This document shows, one piece after another, positions 42,250 to 52,095 of a stretch of DNA of 64,000 nucleotides. The position numbers and the translations under genes are program-made. Below the pieces are notes generated by a model. The model did no database searches and was not told where the DNA came from. It was given only the letters and a program-made list of their open reading frames with translations. Source of the stretch: an uncultured Nitrososphaerota archaeon (GTDB lineage Archaea > Thermoproteota > EX4484-205 > JAAOZO01); contig CAYOYV010000002.1 in NCBI GenBank assembly GCA_964408285.1, forward strand, positions 136,194 through 200,193, in the 5' to 3' direction. Numbering within the stretch: the stretch's first letter is position 1; every line of letters begins with the position of its first letter.

Positions 42250-43749
42250 CTAGCTCATTTCCTTCCATTGCCTATAAGTGTGATAGTCCACGTACTGCCT
42301 ATGGGGATTCTCGACCTGGGATCTGGCGGCCAGGCACCTGTGTCTTTTCTCCTCTATGGCCTCCGTTACTGTGAATATGTAGGCGTCACTTCCGGCTCCA
42401 GAGCCATAACTCGTCATCAGTATCCTATTTCCTGGCTTAGCCTCATCCAAGACAGCAGCAAGGGCCGCTGGACTTGAGCCAGAATAGAGATTGCCTATCC
42501 ACTGCACCAAAAGACCTGCTTTGGCCTGATTTGGCTCGAAACCTGCCTCCAAGGCTGCCTGGAGCGGAAACCTGGCGTTTGGGGAGTGACAGACAACATA
42601 ATCGAAATCTTTGGGCTTGAGGGTTGCCTCTTCCATGATAAGCTTCATTGCCGTCACTACATGCTTGAAATACGCAGGCTTTCCAGTGAATCTTCCGCCA
42701 TGGCGGGGGTATTTCGCTCCGTCGCGCCTGTAGAAGTCGGGTGTATCAGAAGTATACGGGAGGTAGTGATCCAGTGTTGCAATGACATCCCTTTCCCCGA
42801 AAATGAAGGCTGCGCCTCCAGCCCCAACAGTGAAGTCCAGTGGGTCATCCCTGGCTGCTTGCGAGTTATCTGCGCCTATGACCATGACGTTCTCCCCCCT
42901 GAACGAAGGGAAAGCCACAAGTGCGGCGGCATCTATGAAGAGATCAGAGGCGGCCTTGCACGCGAACTGGGTGTCGACCCCCCCTGAGATGAACCCGTCG
43001 TCATACTCCTCGCCCAGTTGTAGGACTTGGCTGACGGTTGCCATGCTGGGTTTCACGGCATAGGGCGCGGACTCTGATCCCAGGTAGCATTTCTTGACAT
43101 ACCGGCCGTCGAGGCCAGCATGGATCAAAGCCCTTTTCGCTGCCTCCACAGCAAAGGTTGTGGTGTCCTCGTCTGCGAAGGGAACTGTCCTCTCCTTCAC
43201 TCCATGGGACTCATCCGCGTCCTTGTTCTCTATCCTGAACTTTGGAATGTAGACTCCATAGCCAACGATGCCCGGCCTTCCTCTCTCACCTGAGGGCTTG
43301 ACCTTCTGGTATTCTTGGTACGGATAGTAGTCATCTGTGAAGGAGAAATTCTGGCTCGAATAGTAGATAATTCCATGCGGACCGTCCTCATAGGCCTTCC
43401 TGAATCTTGGAACGACCTCGCGATCGATAAACTGGTCGACATTCACCTCTTCCTCCGGAGGAACATAATCCGTGATCCTGCCGGGGACTCGAGGGCCATC
43501 ATGGAGCAATATGAAACCGGCTAGGAAAGAACCCATATATTCGAATCGGTTCGTGGGCCTGCGAACCACCGCTCCCGTGCTGAAGGTTCCCTTTGAGTTG
43601 AAATAGTCCCTGAAAACCATTCTACTACCACGTCCCTCAACGTTGCAGAATAACTTGGGGGGAAAGTAGATCCTCCCACAGAGCTCGCATTGGGTTGCCC
43701 TGATCCTGTAGTCTGTTAGGATCTTTCGCCTCGTCACGGGCTCACTCAT
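42250..43749 (-). CDS. DUF35 (Zn ribbon/OB) - HMG-CoA synthase fusion
   Basis: N-terminal CELCGRIYFPP; then GIVGYGVYIP, GSES, FACKA, HSPN, GNLYSG, SYGSG. Confidence 0.88.
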   Translation of the reverse strand: MSEPVTRRKILTDYRIRATQCELCGRIYFPPKLFCNVEGRGSRMVFRDYFNSKGTFSTGAVVRRPTNRFEYMGSFLAGFILLHDGPRVPGRITDYVPPEEEVNVDQFIDREVVPRFRKAYEDGPHGIIYYSSQNFSFTDDYYPYQEYQKVKPSGERGRPGIVGYGVYIPKFRIENKDADESHGVKERTVPFADEDTTTFAVEAAKRALIHAGLDGRYVKKCYLGSESAPYAVKPSMATVSQVLQLGEEYDDGFISGGVDTQFACKAASDLFIDAAALVAFPSFRGENVMVIGADNSQAARDDPLDFTVGAGGAAFIFGERDVIATLDHYLPYTSDTPDFYRRDGAKYPRHGGRFTGKPAYFKHVVTAMKLIMEEATLKPKDFDYVVCHSPNARFPLQAALEAGFEPNQAKAGLLVQWIGNLYSGSSPAALAAVLDEAKPGNRILMTSYGSGAGSDAYIFTVTEAIEEKRHRCLAARSQVENPHRQYVDYHTYRQWKEMS

Positions 43750-43785
43750 CTTTCAATCCCTCCTCGCGGCCGTTTGCATTTGCCC

Positions 43786-45015
43786 TCACCGATTCAGCTC
43801 CCTGGCCAGGACATGCACAGTTGCTATCCCTCCCGTTCCGCCGATGTTGTGACACAATGCTATGTTGAGCGGCTTATCGGAGGAAACCTGATTGCCTCCG
43901 GCTTCGCCCCTAAGTTGCACAAAAGACTCATAGATCTGCCTGACCCCGGTCGCTCCTACTGGATGCCCATCGGCCTTCAATCCTCCTCCAGGGTTCACGA
44001 TGAGTTCTCCGTTCTCACCCACATATGGTATATGTTTAGACGCATTGAAGGACTCGTAGCTTTTATAGACTCCCTTCCACGCCTCTCCCTTCTTGTAGAA
44101 ACCCGCATCCTCTAGGAAAAGGATCTCCTCTATTGTGAAGCAATCATGGACTTCTGCGATCTGGATATCCTTCATGCTCAATCCCGATTGTTCGAGGGCC
44201 TTCGACACGGCGATCTTGGTTGCCCTTATGCTAGTGAGGCTTTCTCTGCTGAAGAGTGAAACATCGTCCGTCGCTTGCTGGCCCGCTACAATGTAAATTG
44301 GTGTATCGGTGTACCTCTTTGCTACCTCGGGACTTGTCACTATAAGGGCCACTGCCCCATCGGAGATAGGGGAGCAGTGGAGCAATCTTACTGGGTCGGC
44401 AATCAGGGTGGACTTCGTGACATCATTCACTGTGATTTCCCGTCTGAACTGGGCATATTCATTTCCCATGGCGTGATGGTGATTCTTACAGGCAACCTGA
44501 GCCATGGCCTCCAGGCATCTTCCGTCCTTTCCACCGTAGTCATGCATGTATTTGACCATCATTGCCGCATAGAGACCTGAGAAGGTAAAGCCAGCGTCGA
44601 ACTCGTGAGCATCACCCGCGAACATCAAATTGTCGACGATTTTGCTGAATCGATCGCTCATCTTCTCGAATCCGCCAACTAGGACGACATCATATCTCCC
44701 ACTCATGATTCCCAAGCAGGCGTTAAAGAGGGCTGAGCTTCCCGAGCCGCAGGCTGCCTCAGTCGTGAGCATTGGAACATTCACTCCCAACTCCCTAGCC
44801 ATATATCCAGGGATCAGCGCAAGCTTGTTCGTGACCTGATATAGGAAGCTGCCAAAGTAGCAGGCTTGGATGTCGCTCCTCCTGAGTCCTCGGTCCACCG
44901 ATCCAAGGGTGGCTTCTCCAGCTATCATCATGAGCCTTTCAGGACTCTCATACCAGTGTTCTCCGAATTTGGTCCTGCCGGCGCCCACTATTGCCGCGCA
45001 AGGTTTGAATCCCAG
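43786..45015 (-). CDS. Archaeal acetoacetyl-CoA thiolase
   Basis: EAACGSG, EVHDCF, GHPVGATG, HNIGG; CTG start inferred. Confidence 0.9.
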   Translation of the reverse strand: MGFKPCAAIVGAGRTKFGEHWYESPERLMMIAGEATLGSVDRGLRRSDIQACYFGSFLYQVTNKLALIPGYMARELGVNVPMLTTEAACGSGSSALFNACLGIMSGRYDVVLVGGFEKMSDRFSKIVDNLMFAGDAHEFDAGFTFSGLYAAMMVKYMHDYGGKDGRCLEAMAQVACKNHHHAMGNEYAQFRREITVNDVTKSTLIADPVRLLHCSPISDGAVALIVTSPEVAKRYTDTPIYIVAGQQATDDVSLFSRESLTSIRATKIAVSKALEQSGLSMKDIQIAEVHDCFTIEEILFLEDAGFYKKGEAWKGVYKSYESFNASKHIPYVGENGELIVNPGGGLKADGHPVGATGVRQIYESFVQLRGEAGGNQVSSDKPLNIALCHNIGGTGGIATVHVLARELNR

Positions 45016-45347
45016 TGGTTTTCACCTTGAAATTGCCGGGCGATTCTTGCGACCCATATAAGCGTTGTTTAATCATCGTGTATGAATTCTGGCGGTTGTC
45101 GAATAGTTCTCAGGCATACTTTAGGAATCAAAGCGTGTGAATCCGCTTCAAGACGATTACCAGAATATTGCGCAAGAAATCGTGGGTCAGAAGCGCGCTG
45201 AGGGCGCTTGAGATGAGAAGCGGGGCGAGAAGAGCACTCATTGTCCCAAAGTAAGTCAAATGGTGGGGCTTACCGGAATCCAAGGTGGGGAAATCGACAT
45301 GTTGAAACCGCGATTGTAACAACCAAGCCGGTTGGGGACATTCAACC

Positions 45348-45917
45348 TCACTTCAAGGCATCCCGAGGTCTTTTCTTTCGCTTTCCTGCTCCTTCCCTCC
45401 GAACGATCTCAATGCCGCCGAATTTCGGATATAGGTGATTAGAGGCCGTGATGTCATGAAGTGTCTCAACCATCGCATAGGAGCAGTTCATCCTCCTCAG
45501 CTCGCAAAGCGTCCTGTGGAGAAGTGCCGTACCGATTCCCTGCCTCCTCTCCTGCTTGGCTACTACAATGCCAGCGAAGATTCTTCCGATGCCTCGATCA
45601 GTTCCGAATAAGGGACCACTCACACCAACCAATCTCCCCTCCTTTTCTGCAACGATTGTCTTCGCTCGGTTCATGTCATGATGGTGCCTGAACCATCTTT
45701 CCACAACCCTAGGAGTCCAAGAGTGCAACAGGTGGTTCCACGGGCCTCCCTGCTCTTCACTAGTCCCGTTGCGCCAGACGCATGCAATGGAAGGAAATTC
45801 GTCGACTGTGGCATACCTGATCCGTAGTCCAGCAGGAACTGGTGGCTCTGGGTAATCGAATTTAGTCAAATCCCATCTGAACCTCGAATCCAGTTTCTTC
45901 TTCGGCATGCGTGCCAT
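45348..45917 (-). CDS. GNAT family acetyltransferase
   Basis: RRQGIGTALL, LYPKFG. Confidence 0.82.
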   Translation of the reverse strand: MARMPKKKLDSRFRWDLTKFDYPEPPVPAGLRIRYATVDEFPSIACVWRNGTSEEQGGPWNHLLHSWTPRVVERWFRHHHDMNRAKTIVAEKEGRLVGVSGPLFGTDRGIGRIFAGIVVAKQERRQGIGTALLHRTLCELRRMNCSYAMVETLHDITASNHLYPKFGGIEIVRREGAGKRKKRPRDALK

Positions 45918-46007
45918 TATGCGTCGTTATGAACTGCTCGCATCATATACCTTCCTCGGTACCCGCGGCCAAGATTTCACACGTCGTATATATCCCCCCC
46001 AGTCCTC

Positions 46008-46022
46008 GTTGACAATGTCAAC
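46008..46022. promoter_or_regulatory. Putative operator, GTTGACA-A-TGTCAAC
   Basis: Perfect 7-1-7 inverted repeat about 10 nt upstream of CTTTAA box of an HTH gene. Confidence 0.5.
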
Positions 46023-46062
46023 CACAATGGACTTTAACAGCCATTTTATGGATTCAACTGGA

Positions 46063-46890
46063 ATGAATAGAGAGTACATGGGTCAAGTCACTGAGAAGGA
46101 CATCGAACTAGTCAACCTTCTCATACTTCATCCCGACCTGGCCCTTGAGAAAATAGGTGCAATGCTTGGAATCAGCAAACAAGCCGTGGCAGAAAGGAAG
46201 TCAAGACTGGAGGAGCAGGGCTTCACAAAGCTATTCTACTTCTGGAACATAGCACCAAGGTTCGAGTCGACGATTAGATTAACTGCGCCTGTGAGGAATC
46301 CCGATGCGATGGTGGGACCAATGCTTCAAATCTTGGATAAGTTCAATCCTGTCGTTGCTTTCTTCAGGACTAACCCACAAGGCTTCTTTGATGGAACGTT
46401 CTCTTCCTTGTCAAGCACCATTTCGGAGATAGAGGCAATACTGAATATCAATGATGAAGCGGACCTGGTTGACCTCAGGGCGCAGTTGCGTGATATTGGG
46501 GTATCCGATTTCTCGTTGGAGCCCATATTGTTCTCGAGGCTCCTAGGGGAGAAATGCGACATCACTAGGAGAACGCCTGAAGATATCAGGGCGATAGCCG
46601 AAGAGAGTTCCAGGGATTTCTCGTCGCAGCCTTCCACTAAGGCTGTGCTCTATGAGGAAGCAAAACATGCGACGGACCAATTCGATATGGTGATAATCAG
46701 GGACGCAAGACTTCAGCCAAATCCTGACAGTTTCGAAAGAAGGGTGTCCAATGTCTTGATTGACTATCACTTCCTCTCGATGGAGGATTTTCTCAAGATA
46801 GAGCATGACTGGTCAAAGGAACTTCAGGTCCTCTATGCAGAGGGGGATAGGCTAAGGACTGAGCTCGAGAGAAAAATAAAGAGCCTCTGA
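46063..46890 (+). CDS. Lrp/AsnC-type HTH regulator with extra C-terminal domain
   Basis: LEKIGAMLGISKQAVAERKSRLEEQG; start uncertain. Confidence 0.7.
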   Translation: MNREYMGQVTEKDIELVNLLILHPDLALEKIGAMLGISKQAVAERKSRLEEQGFTKLFYFWNIAPRFESTIRLTAPVRNPDAMVGPMLQILDKFNPVVAFFRTNPQGFFDGTFSSLSSTISEIEAILNINDEADLVDLRAQLRDIGVSDFSLEPILFSRLLGEKCDITRRTPEDIRAIAEESSRDFSSQPSTKAVLYEEAKHATDQFDMVIIRDARLQPNPDSFERRVSNVLIDYHFLSMEDFLKIEHDWSKELQVLYAEGDRLRTELERKIKSL

Positions 46891-46909
46891 AGAACTCTCA
46901 TCCAAATCG

Positions 46910-47848
46910 CTAGGAGGAATCAGACTTCAGCCTTCTCAGTTCTATGAAAAGCGTGGCGGCCAAACCTGCAACAAGCCCTTCTCCTTTACATGTCTCAAGT
47001 TCTAGCCCCCCATGATTCGTGCAATTGCCTGCAGCGAGGACACCTGACACATTGGTCCTCTGTTGTCTATCGACGGTGATGCAACCCTGCAGATGAGTTC
47101 GAATCCCAGCGCTCTGTACTATTCTCGTTGATGGCTGAATACCAGCTGCAATGAACACCCCATTGACCTCTATTCGCCTTGGTTTCGACTCAGCACTCTC
47201 CTGCACCATGACCTTCTTTCTGGGGAAGTCCCCTTCTATGCCCAAGACCTTGTAGCCCTTCAGGAGTTCAATGTTCGTTGATTCAAGTAACTCCTTCCTG
47301 ATCTCTGGTTCGCGCTGTTGTGGAAGCAATATGAGTACGACTTTTTCCGCGGCATCTGCGAGCCTGACCGCTTGATCCACCCCTGACGCGCCCAGTCCTA
47401 TCACGGCGACCTCCCTTCCCTCAAAAATAGCCGCATCGCACTGCGCACAGTACGAAACTCCCCTCTTCAACCATTGTTCTCCGGGGATGCCCAATGTCTT
47501 GCTCCTCAGACCAGTTGCTATGACCAAAGCATCCGAAGAATATTGTGCCTTAGTGGTCTTGACGCTTTTCTCCTTCCCAGTGATTTCCAGTTCGATGACA
47601 GGTTCTCCCTCGTGAAAAGGCACCCCAGAGGTCTTGGCCTGCTCAATCATCTCTTGAACGTGCCGACATCTCTCAACCCAGGGAGTGGAAGGAACAGGGC
47701 CTCCGAGCTTGTTTGCCTCAAGGATCAGGGTCTTCGCCCCATTCAGCGTCGTATAGGTCCCAGCAGCCAAGCCGGCCGGGCCTCCTCCCATTACTATGAC
47801 CTCAAAGTGATCCAATTGACGCTTCTCTTCTAGGACGATTTCTTGCAT
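46910..47848 (-). CDS. Thioredoxin reductase-like flavoprotein
   Basis: GGGPAG, IATG, GVSYCAQCD. Confidence 0.85.
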   Translation of the reverse strand: MQEIVLEEKRQLDHFEVIVMGGGPAGLAAGTYTTLNGAKTLILEANKLGGPVPSTPWVERCRHVQEMIEQAKTSGVPFHEGEPVIELEITGKEKSVKTTKAQYSSDALVIATGLRSKTLGIPGEQWLKRGVSYCAQCDAAIFEGREVAVIGLGASGVDQAVRLADAAEKVVLILLPQQREPEIRKELLESTNIELLKGYKVLGIEGDFPRKKVMVQESAESKPRRIEVNGVFIAAGIQPSTRIVQSAGIRTHLQGCITVDRQQRTNVSGVLAAGNCTNHGGLELETCKGEGLVAGLAATLFIELRRLKSDSS

Positions 47849-47960
47849 GAAAAACCTTTCCTGAGAAGGGATCTCGTTCGCTTCAACGTCATATCTGCAG
47901 TACCTTCCAGAATGGCTAATGTCAGGCAGTCTGAACGATGTTTTCCCAGATCCCATTAGC

Positions 47961-48410
47961 ATGGAAGACGAGAAGATCCCCTTGGATCTACTGAAGCAGA
48001 GGATGACGGTTCTTGCCGAGATCGCGGTGGACCTTTTCAGGGCCATGGAGAGGCGTTTTGGGCCTGAGGCCCGCTATGTCGTGCTTGAAATGGCGAGGAA
48101 TCAGCAGTTCCCTCCACGTGAGGAAGTGGGAGAACCAGAGGCAGACCTTCAGGATTCTTGTGCCTTGATCAGTAGGACAGCGGTAGGAACGCACATATGG
48201 AAAATGTCACAGACGAGAAAGATTGCGTCACCTATCATTTCACGCGATGCATGTATGCTGAAACATTCAGAGAACTCGGAGAGCCATAGTTGGGACTATA
48301 CTATGTGCAAGGGATGAGCCCTGCGTGAAATCACACAATCCAAGGCTTTCCTTCAAGAGAACGAAGAGGTAGATGAGCGGAGACGAGCTTTGTGACAACA
48401 CGTATTATAT
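47961..48410 (+). pseudogene. L-2-amino-thiazoline-4-carboxylic acid hydrolase family pseudogene
   Basis: Pieces FTRCMYAETFRELGEP*, ILCARD, NPRLSFKRTKR*MSGDELCD in different frames; TAG at 48287 and 48370. Confidence 0.7.
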
Positions 48411-48461
48411 GCAGAAGCAGACAAGGGACAAGAGGTCCTCTAGAGAGACTTCCTCACTGCC

Positions 48462-49655
48462 TCACTGAGTCCGGTTAATGTCGATGTCGAAGATCGAATC
48501 CTTCAGACTGGATAGATCACGGTGATCTAGAATGAGCTTTTTGAAAGCGCCAAGCTTGGTTGTATCGCCCAAGAGTATCGCCCCCACGATGACACCATCT
48601 TTGAAGACCAATTTCGTGTAATTGCCCCGATCAGCATCAACGTTCTTGCGTTCCTCATACTCTCCACCAGAGGAAGATATCTCGCCTATGGATGCTAGCT
48701 TTATGCCACCAAGCCTGAGAGTGAATGCGTATGGCGTGGCTCCATATGTTGCCGATCCCCCGAGGATATTCTGTGCTGCGATCCTAGACTGATCCATTGC
48801 GGCGGGAATTATGCCATCGATCTTGCCTTTCGCCTCAGCCGCATCGCCACAAGCATATATGTCTGACTCGCTTGTCTGCATTCGGTCATCCACCAGAATC
48901 CCTCTGTTTACCTTCAGGGATGCCTCCACGGCTAGCTCGTTTCGAGGCTTCACACCCGCTGATATCAAAGTGAGGTCTGCCTCAAGCCTGGTTCCATCTT
49001 TGAGGGAAATCTGACTTACGCTCTCATCTCCAAGGATCGTATCGACCTCGCCTCCAACTATGACCCTTATGCCAATCCTCTCAATCATTGAGGTCAGCAT
49101 CAGAGCGGCCTCCTCGTCCAACTGCTTTGGAAGCAATCGCTTGAGGAATTCCACCACTGTTACCTGAAGGCCCAAGGACCGAAGAGCTCCAGCTGCCTCC
49201 AGACCCAAGAGCCCCCCTCCGATTACCACGGCCCTTCGCGCATTTCGTGAATAATCAACTATTGATAGCGCATCTCTTGCGGACCTCAGCGTGAAGACCC
49301 CTTTCTTCTCAACGCCCTTGATAGGAGGGACATTTGGTTTGCTACCTGTTGCCAGTATCAGCTTGTCAAATGCGACCCGTCCATTACCCAAAGAGATTTC
49401 CTTCCGGCTGGGATCCAAGGCGAGCACTTTTTCTCGCAATCTAGTCCTGATTCCCTTCTTCGCGTACCATTCCTCTGGATAGACGAAGATGCTCTCAAAA
49501 GGGGCTCTTCCAGCTATGAATTCCAGAAGATGAGGCCTATTATAATATCGGAACTCCTCATCGGAAATCATCTCGACGCTCACATTTGGAGAGTCTGCCA
49601 AGAGGCTTGCAGCCGACACTCCAGCCACGCCATTGCCGATTATAACTGCCCTCAT
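48462..49655 (-). CDS. FAD-dependent NAD(P)H oxidoreductase (rubredoxin reductase/NirB-N-like)
   Basis: GNGVAG, LATGS, GGGLLGLE, YACGD. Confidence 0.88.
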   Translation of the reverse strand: MRAVIIGNGVAGVSAASLLADSPNVSVEMISDEEFRYYNRPHLLEFIAGRAPFESIFVYPEEWYAKKGIRTRLREKVLALDPSRKEISLGNGRVAFDKLILATGSKPNVPPIKGVEKKGVFTLRSARDALSIVDYSRNARRAVVIGGGLLGLEAAGALRSLGLQVTVVEFLKRLLPKQLDEEAALMLTSMIERIGIRVIVGGEVDTILGDESVSQISLKDGTRLEADLTLISAGVKPRNELAVEASLKVNRGILVDDRMQTSESDIYACGDAAEAKGKIDGIIPAAMDQSRIAAQNILGGSATYGATPYAFTLRLGGIKLASIGEISSSGGEYEERKNVDADRGNYTKLVFKDGVIVGAILLGDTTKLGAFKKLILDHRDLSSLKDSIFDIDINRTQ

Positions 49656-49772
49656 CGTTCCTCTCACCGGAAGGACAATTCCCTTGTCTGAAAAACTTTC
49701 CTCAGGAATAGTGCCCTGTCTCGCGTGCGGCATCAGCTCGCACCGTGAATGCTTATATGACCTTGGCGGTTC

Positions 49773-50285
49773 GTGACGAAGGAATGTCCTTTGGAGCATC
49801 CTGAATCTGGGACTAAGCCGTTTGAGAACGTCAGAAATCAGATAGGCTTCTGTGGAATCTGGTGCGGCAGCTGTGTGGTAGGCAATGGGGCCTTGGTTGA
49901 ACTAACAAGCAAGTATCAGGAGGTCGTTAAGAACTATGGGTTGGATGAGTGGGGTCCCAAGGACTTCGATTTCAAGGAATTCACAAGGGGGCTTACTTCA
50001 ATCAGTTCTATGGCGCTGTGTCAAGGATGTCTGAAGGGAGGGGGAAGGGACAACTGTGAGATCAGATCCTGTGCATCAAGAAAGAACATATCTGACTGTG
50101 GCCAATGCGACCAACCCCTCGCATGCAAGAACCTCAAGATCCTGCAGCACATGCGTACGGGCGCTCAACAAGCGGGTCTATTTGTGAATACCGAGAAAGC
50201 TGATCGAGAGATACTGATACAGAGATGGACTGTCGACCTGAAAAATAGGTGGCCCTCTTGCGTGTTATTTCTAGAGAGCCGATAG
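49773..50285 (+). CDS. DUF3795 Cys-rich protein
   Basis: CGIWCGSC, CQGC, CEIRSC, CGQC. Confidence 0.8.
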   Translation: MTKECPLEHPESGTKPFENVRNQIGFCGIWCGSCVVGNGALVELTSKYQEVVKNYGLDEWGPKDFDFKEFTRGLTSISSMALCQGCLKGGGRDNCEIRSCASRKNISDCGQCDQPLACKNLKILQHMRTGAQQAGLFVNTEKADREILIQRWTVDLKNRWPSCVLFLESR

Positions 50286-50746
50286 GCTAGATTGATTCTT
50301 CTCAGATGCCGCGCCGGGTGAGCCGAGCCAGAAATGCCGATATTCGCTACTGGATTCCGAGTTTCGTTTCCAAGCGTTTGACATAAGGTGGAGGGAAGTG
50401 TCCAGTTCTCACTATGTTCACAAGCCTCATCAATTCTCTCTTTGCCCTCTTGTAGAGAGTCTTCGTGATCCATCCCCTTGCGAGGGCGCGGGCGCTTGGG
50501 CTCTGATGCTCCCTTTCGCAGGCCGGATTCAAGAGTCACATGAACCCATTGGGAGACTGCTGCATCAGGTACAAAATAAGGATATGCATGCTCGCCGCAA
50601 CGCACAAACCATTTGATCCGTCTATTCTCGAACCAAAGCCTTGGCGTGACGAGTGATACGTGGGATCCCTTCCTAAGGGATGAGAGATTCACCGGGAAAT
50701 ATATATTTCTGAACGAGGATCGCAAAGGGGCATGAAAGAGATGATC

Positions 50747-50791
50747 GTAAGCCTTCTGCGTTGTCTTCCTGACTACGCGAGCCGCGATTGC
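50747..50791 (-). repeat. EF-1alpha 3'-end remnant, copy 1 (most decayed)
   Basis: Minus strand reads AIAARVVRKTTQKA(tac); DNA aligns with copies 3 and 4. Confidence 0.55.
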
Positions 50792-50852
50792 CTTGAGCGA
50801 ATCTCGGACTAAATTGCTAAATACATCAGGCGAAGCGGACTAAATCGATGAT

Positions 50853-52061
50853 ATGAATAGGATATCTGCTTACATTTGCGGAGATAGTGGGGGGAGTGAC
50901 GAGTTCAATCCGTTCAAGATAACCCAACAAGATCATGTGCCGGAAATGCTCTTCCTTCTGAATTCAGCGCCAATGAACGTCAACGAACTGTCGTCGAACT
51001 TGGATATCGGTGTTGAGCTTGTGGAAAAGCTGCTAAACGATCTATCCAAAATCAGAGCAGTTGTTCACCAAGACGGCAGATGGGCCGTTTCATTCGCTAT
51101 ATTCAGTAAGCAGGACATCGATCTAATTGCCGAGAGAACCGAGAAACCTGCGCGGAGGCTTGCCGAAGAGATAATGGGAACGGGACCGGAGATCGAGAAG
51201 CGCCTACTTCAATTGACTTGCGCGAAGCAAGTAGAAATGAAGAAGCTGATGCTCGCGGTAGTGGGTTGCTTCTTGCTTGATTGGAGGAGTCTGGAGATCC
51301 TGAACGAGAAGAATCTCACGCTATGCGGGAAGAAGGAGCAGCCTGGGGGAGGAAAGTACATCCTACTCGGGAAGGAGGAGGGGGTAGAGAAGAAGCTATA
51401 TGACAAGGTATATTGGGGAAGTCACAACAGCAACTTCGGAGGATTCAAGTTCACTAGTTTCGGTGATCATACTGGGTATAGATACTCATTCCCAGACCTC
51501 GTCTGGAACTTCCCTGATACGACTTCCCAAAATAGGACTGACCTACCCGATTGGCTTAGGACCAATATCTCTGAAGCTGTCAGGACCTTTGAAACGAACT
51601 CACTCGTAGACTGCGGCCAGTTGCTTCTTTTCCTGAACAAGAAGGGCTCTTTTGACATTGGCCACTTGGCAAGCAAGCTCGGCAAAGAGAAGTACCAAAT
51701 AGAAATCCTCCTTAGGCTTCTTTCTGATATGAAGTATGTTACGCTGACAGACGAGAAGGTTGGACTGAACTATCCAGTTTTCGAGACTCAAGACAAGGGG
51801 GCTGTCGACTCGGCGTGGGAGATCGTGTCTGAATCCATTGAAAGAGAAGCGTGCAGATACTTCGATTCGCTAAGATCTGAATTGGCCGAAATAACTCCTA
51901 TCAGGAGGGGAATCGATCCAAGGGAGATATACACGGATATATGGCACTGGGTCTTCGGACAAACTAACCGTATTATGGCTGAAAGGGGATTTCTTTTCGA
52001 CCCGACAAGAGAAAGAGAGCAGGAGGGCAGGTACATCGCTTGGATTGAAGAAGCGTATTGA
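50853..52061 (+). CDS. Hypothetical protein with winged-helix segments
   Basis: 402-aa ORF; PMNVNELSSNLDI, IGHLASKLG. Confidence 0.7.
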   Translation: MNRISAYICGDSGGSDEFNPFKITQQDHVPEMLFLLNSAPMNVNELSSNLDIGVELVEKLLNDLSKIRAVVHQDGRWAVSFAIFSKQDIDLIAERTEKPARRLAEEIMGTGPEIEKRLLQLTCAKQVEMKKLMLAVVGCFLLDWRSLEILNEKNLTLCGKKEQPGGGKYILLGKEEGVEKKLYDKVYWGSHNSNFGGFKFTSFGDHTGYRYSFPDLVWNFPDTTSQNRTDLPDWLRTNISEAVRTFETNSLVDCGQLLLFLNKKGSFDIGHLASKLGKEKYQIEILLRLLSDMKYVTLTDEKVGLNYPVFETQDKGAVDSAWEIVSESIEREACRYFDSLRSELAEITPIRRGIDPREIYTDIWHWVFGQTNRIMAERGFLFDPTREREQEGRYIAWIEEAY

Positions 52062-52095
52062 GTGGCCCCTCCCTTTTCGTAATTGCCTGCTCTCT

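Noticed and set aside
45309-45318. Further EF-1alpha remnant (CCGCGATTGT)
   Set aside because: Only a 10-nt match; flanks do not align
48287-48372. Pyrrolysine read-through of two in-frame TAGs
   Set aside because: The gene also has two frameshifts and no pyl genes are present
50165-50725. Overlapping ORFs between the DUF3795 and winged-helix genes
   Set aside because: No recognisable motif in any frame; may be a decayed gene but cannot be supported
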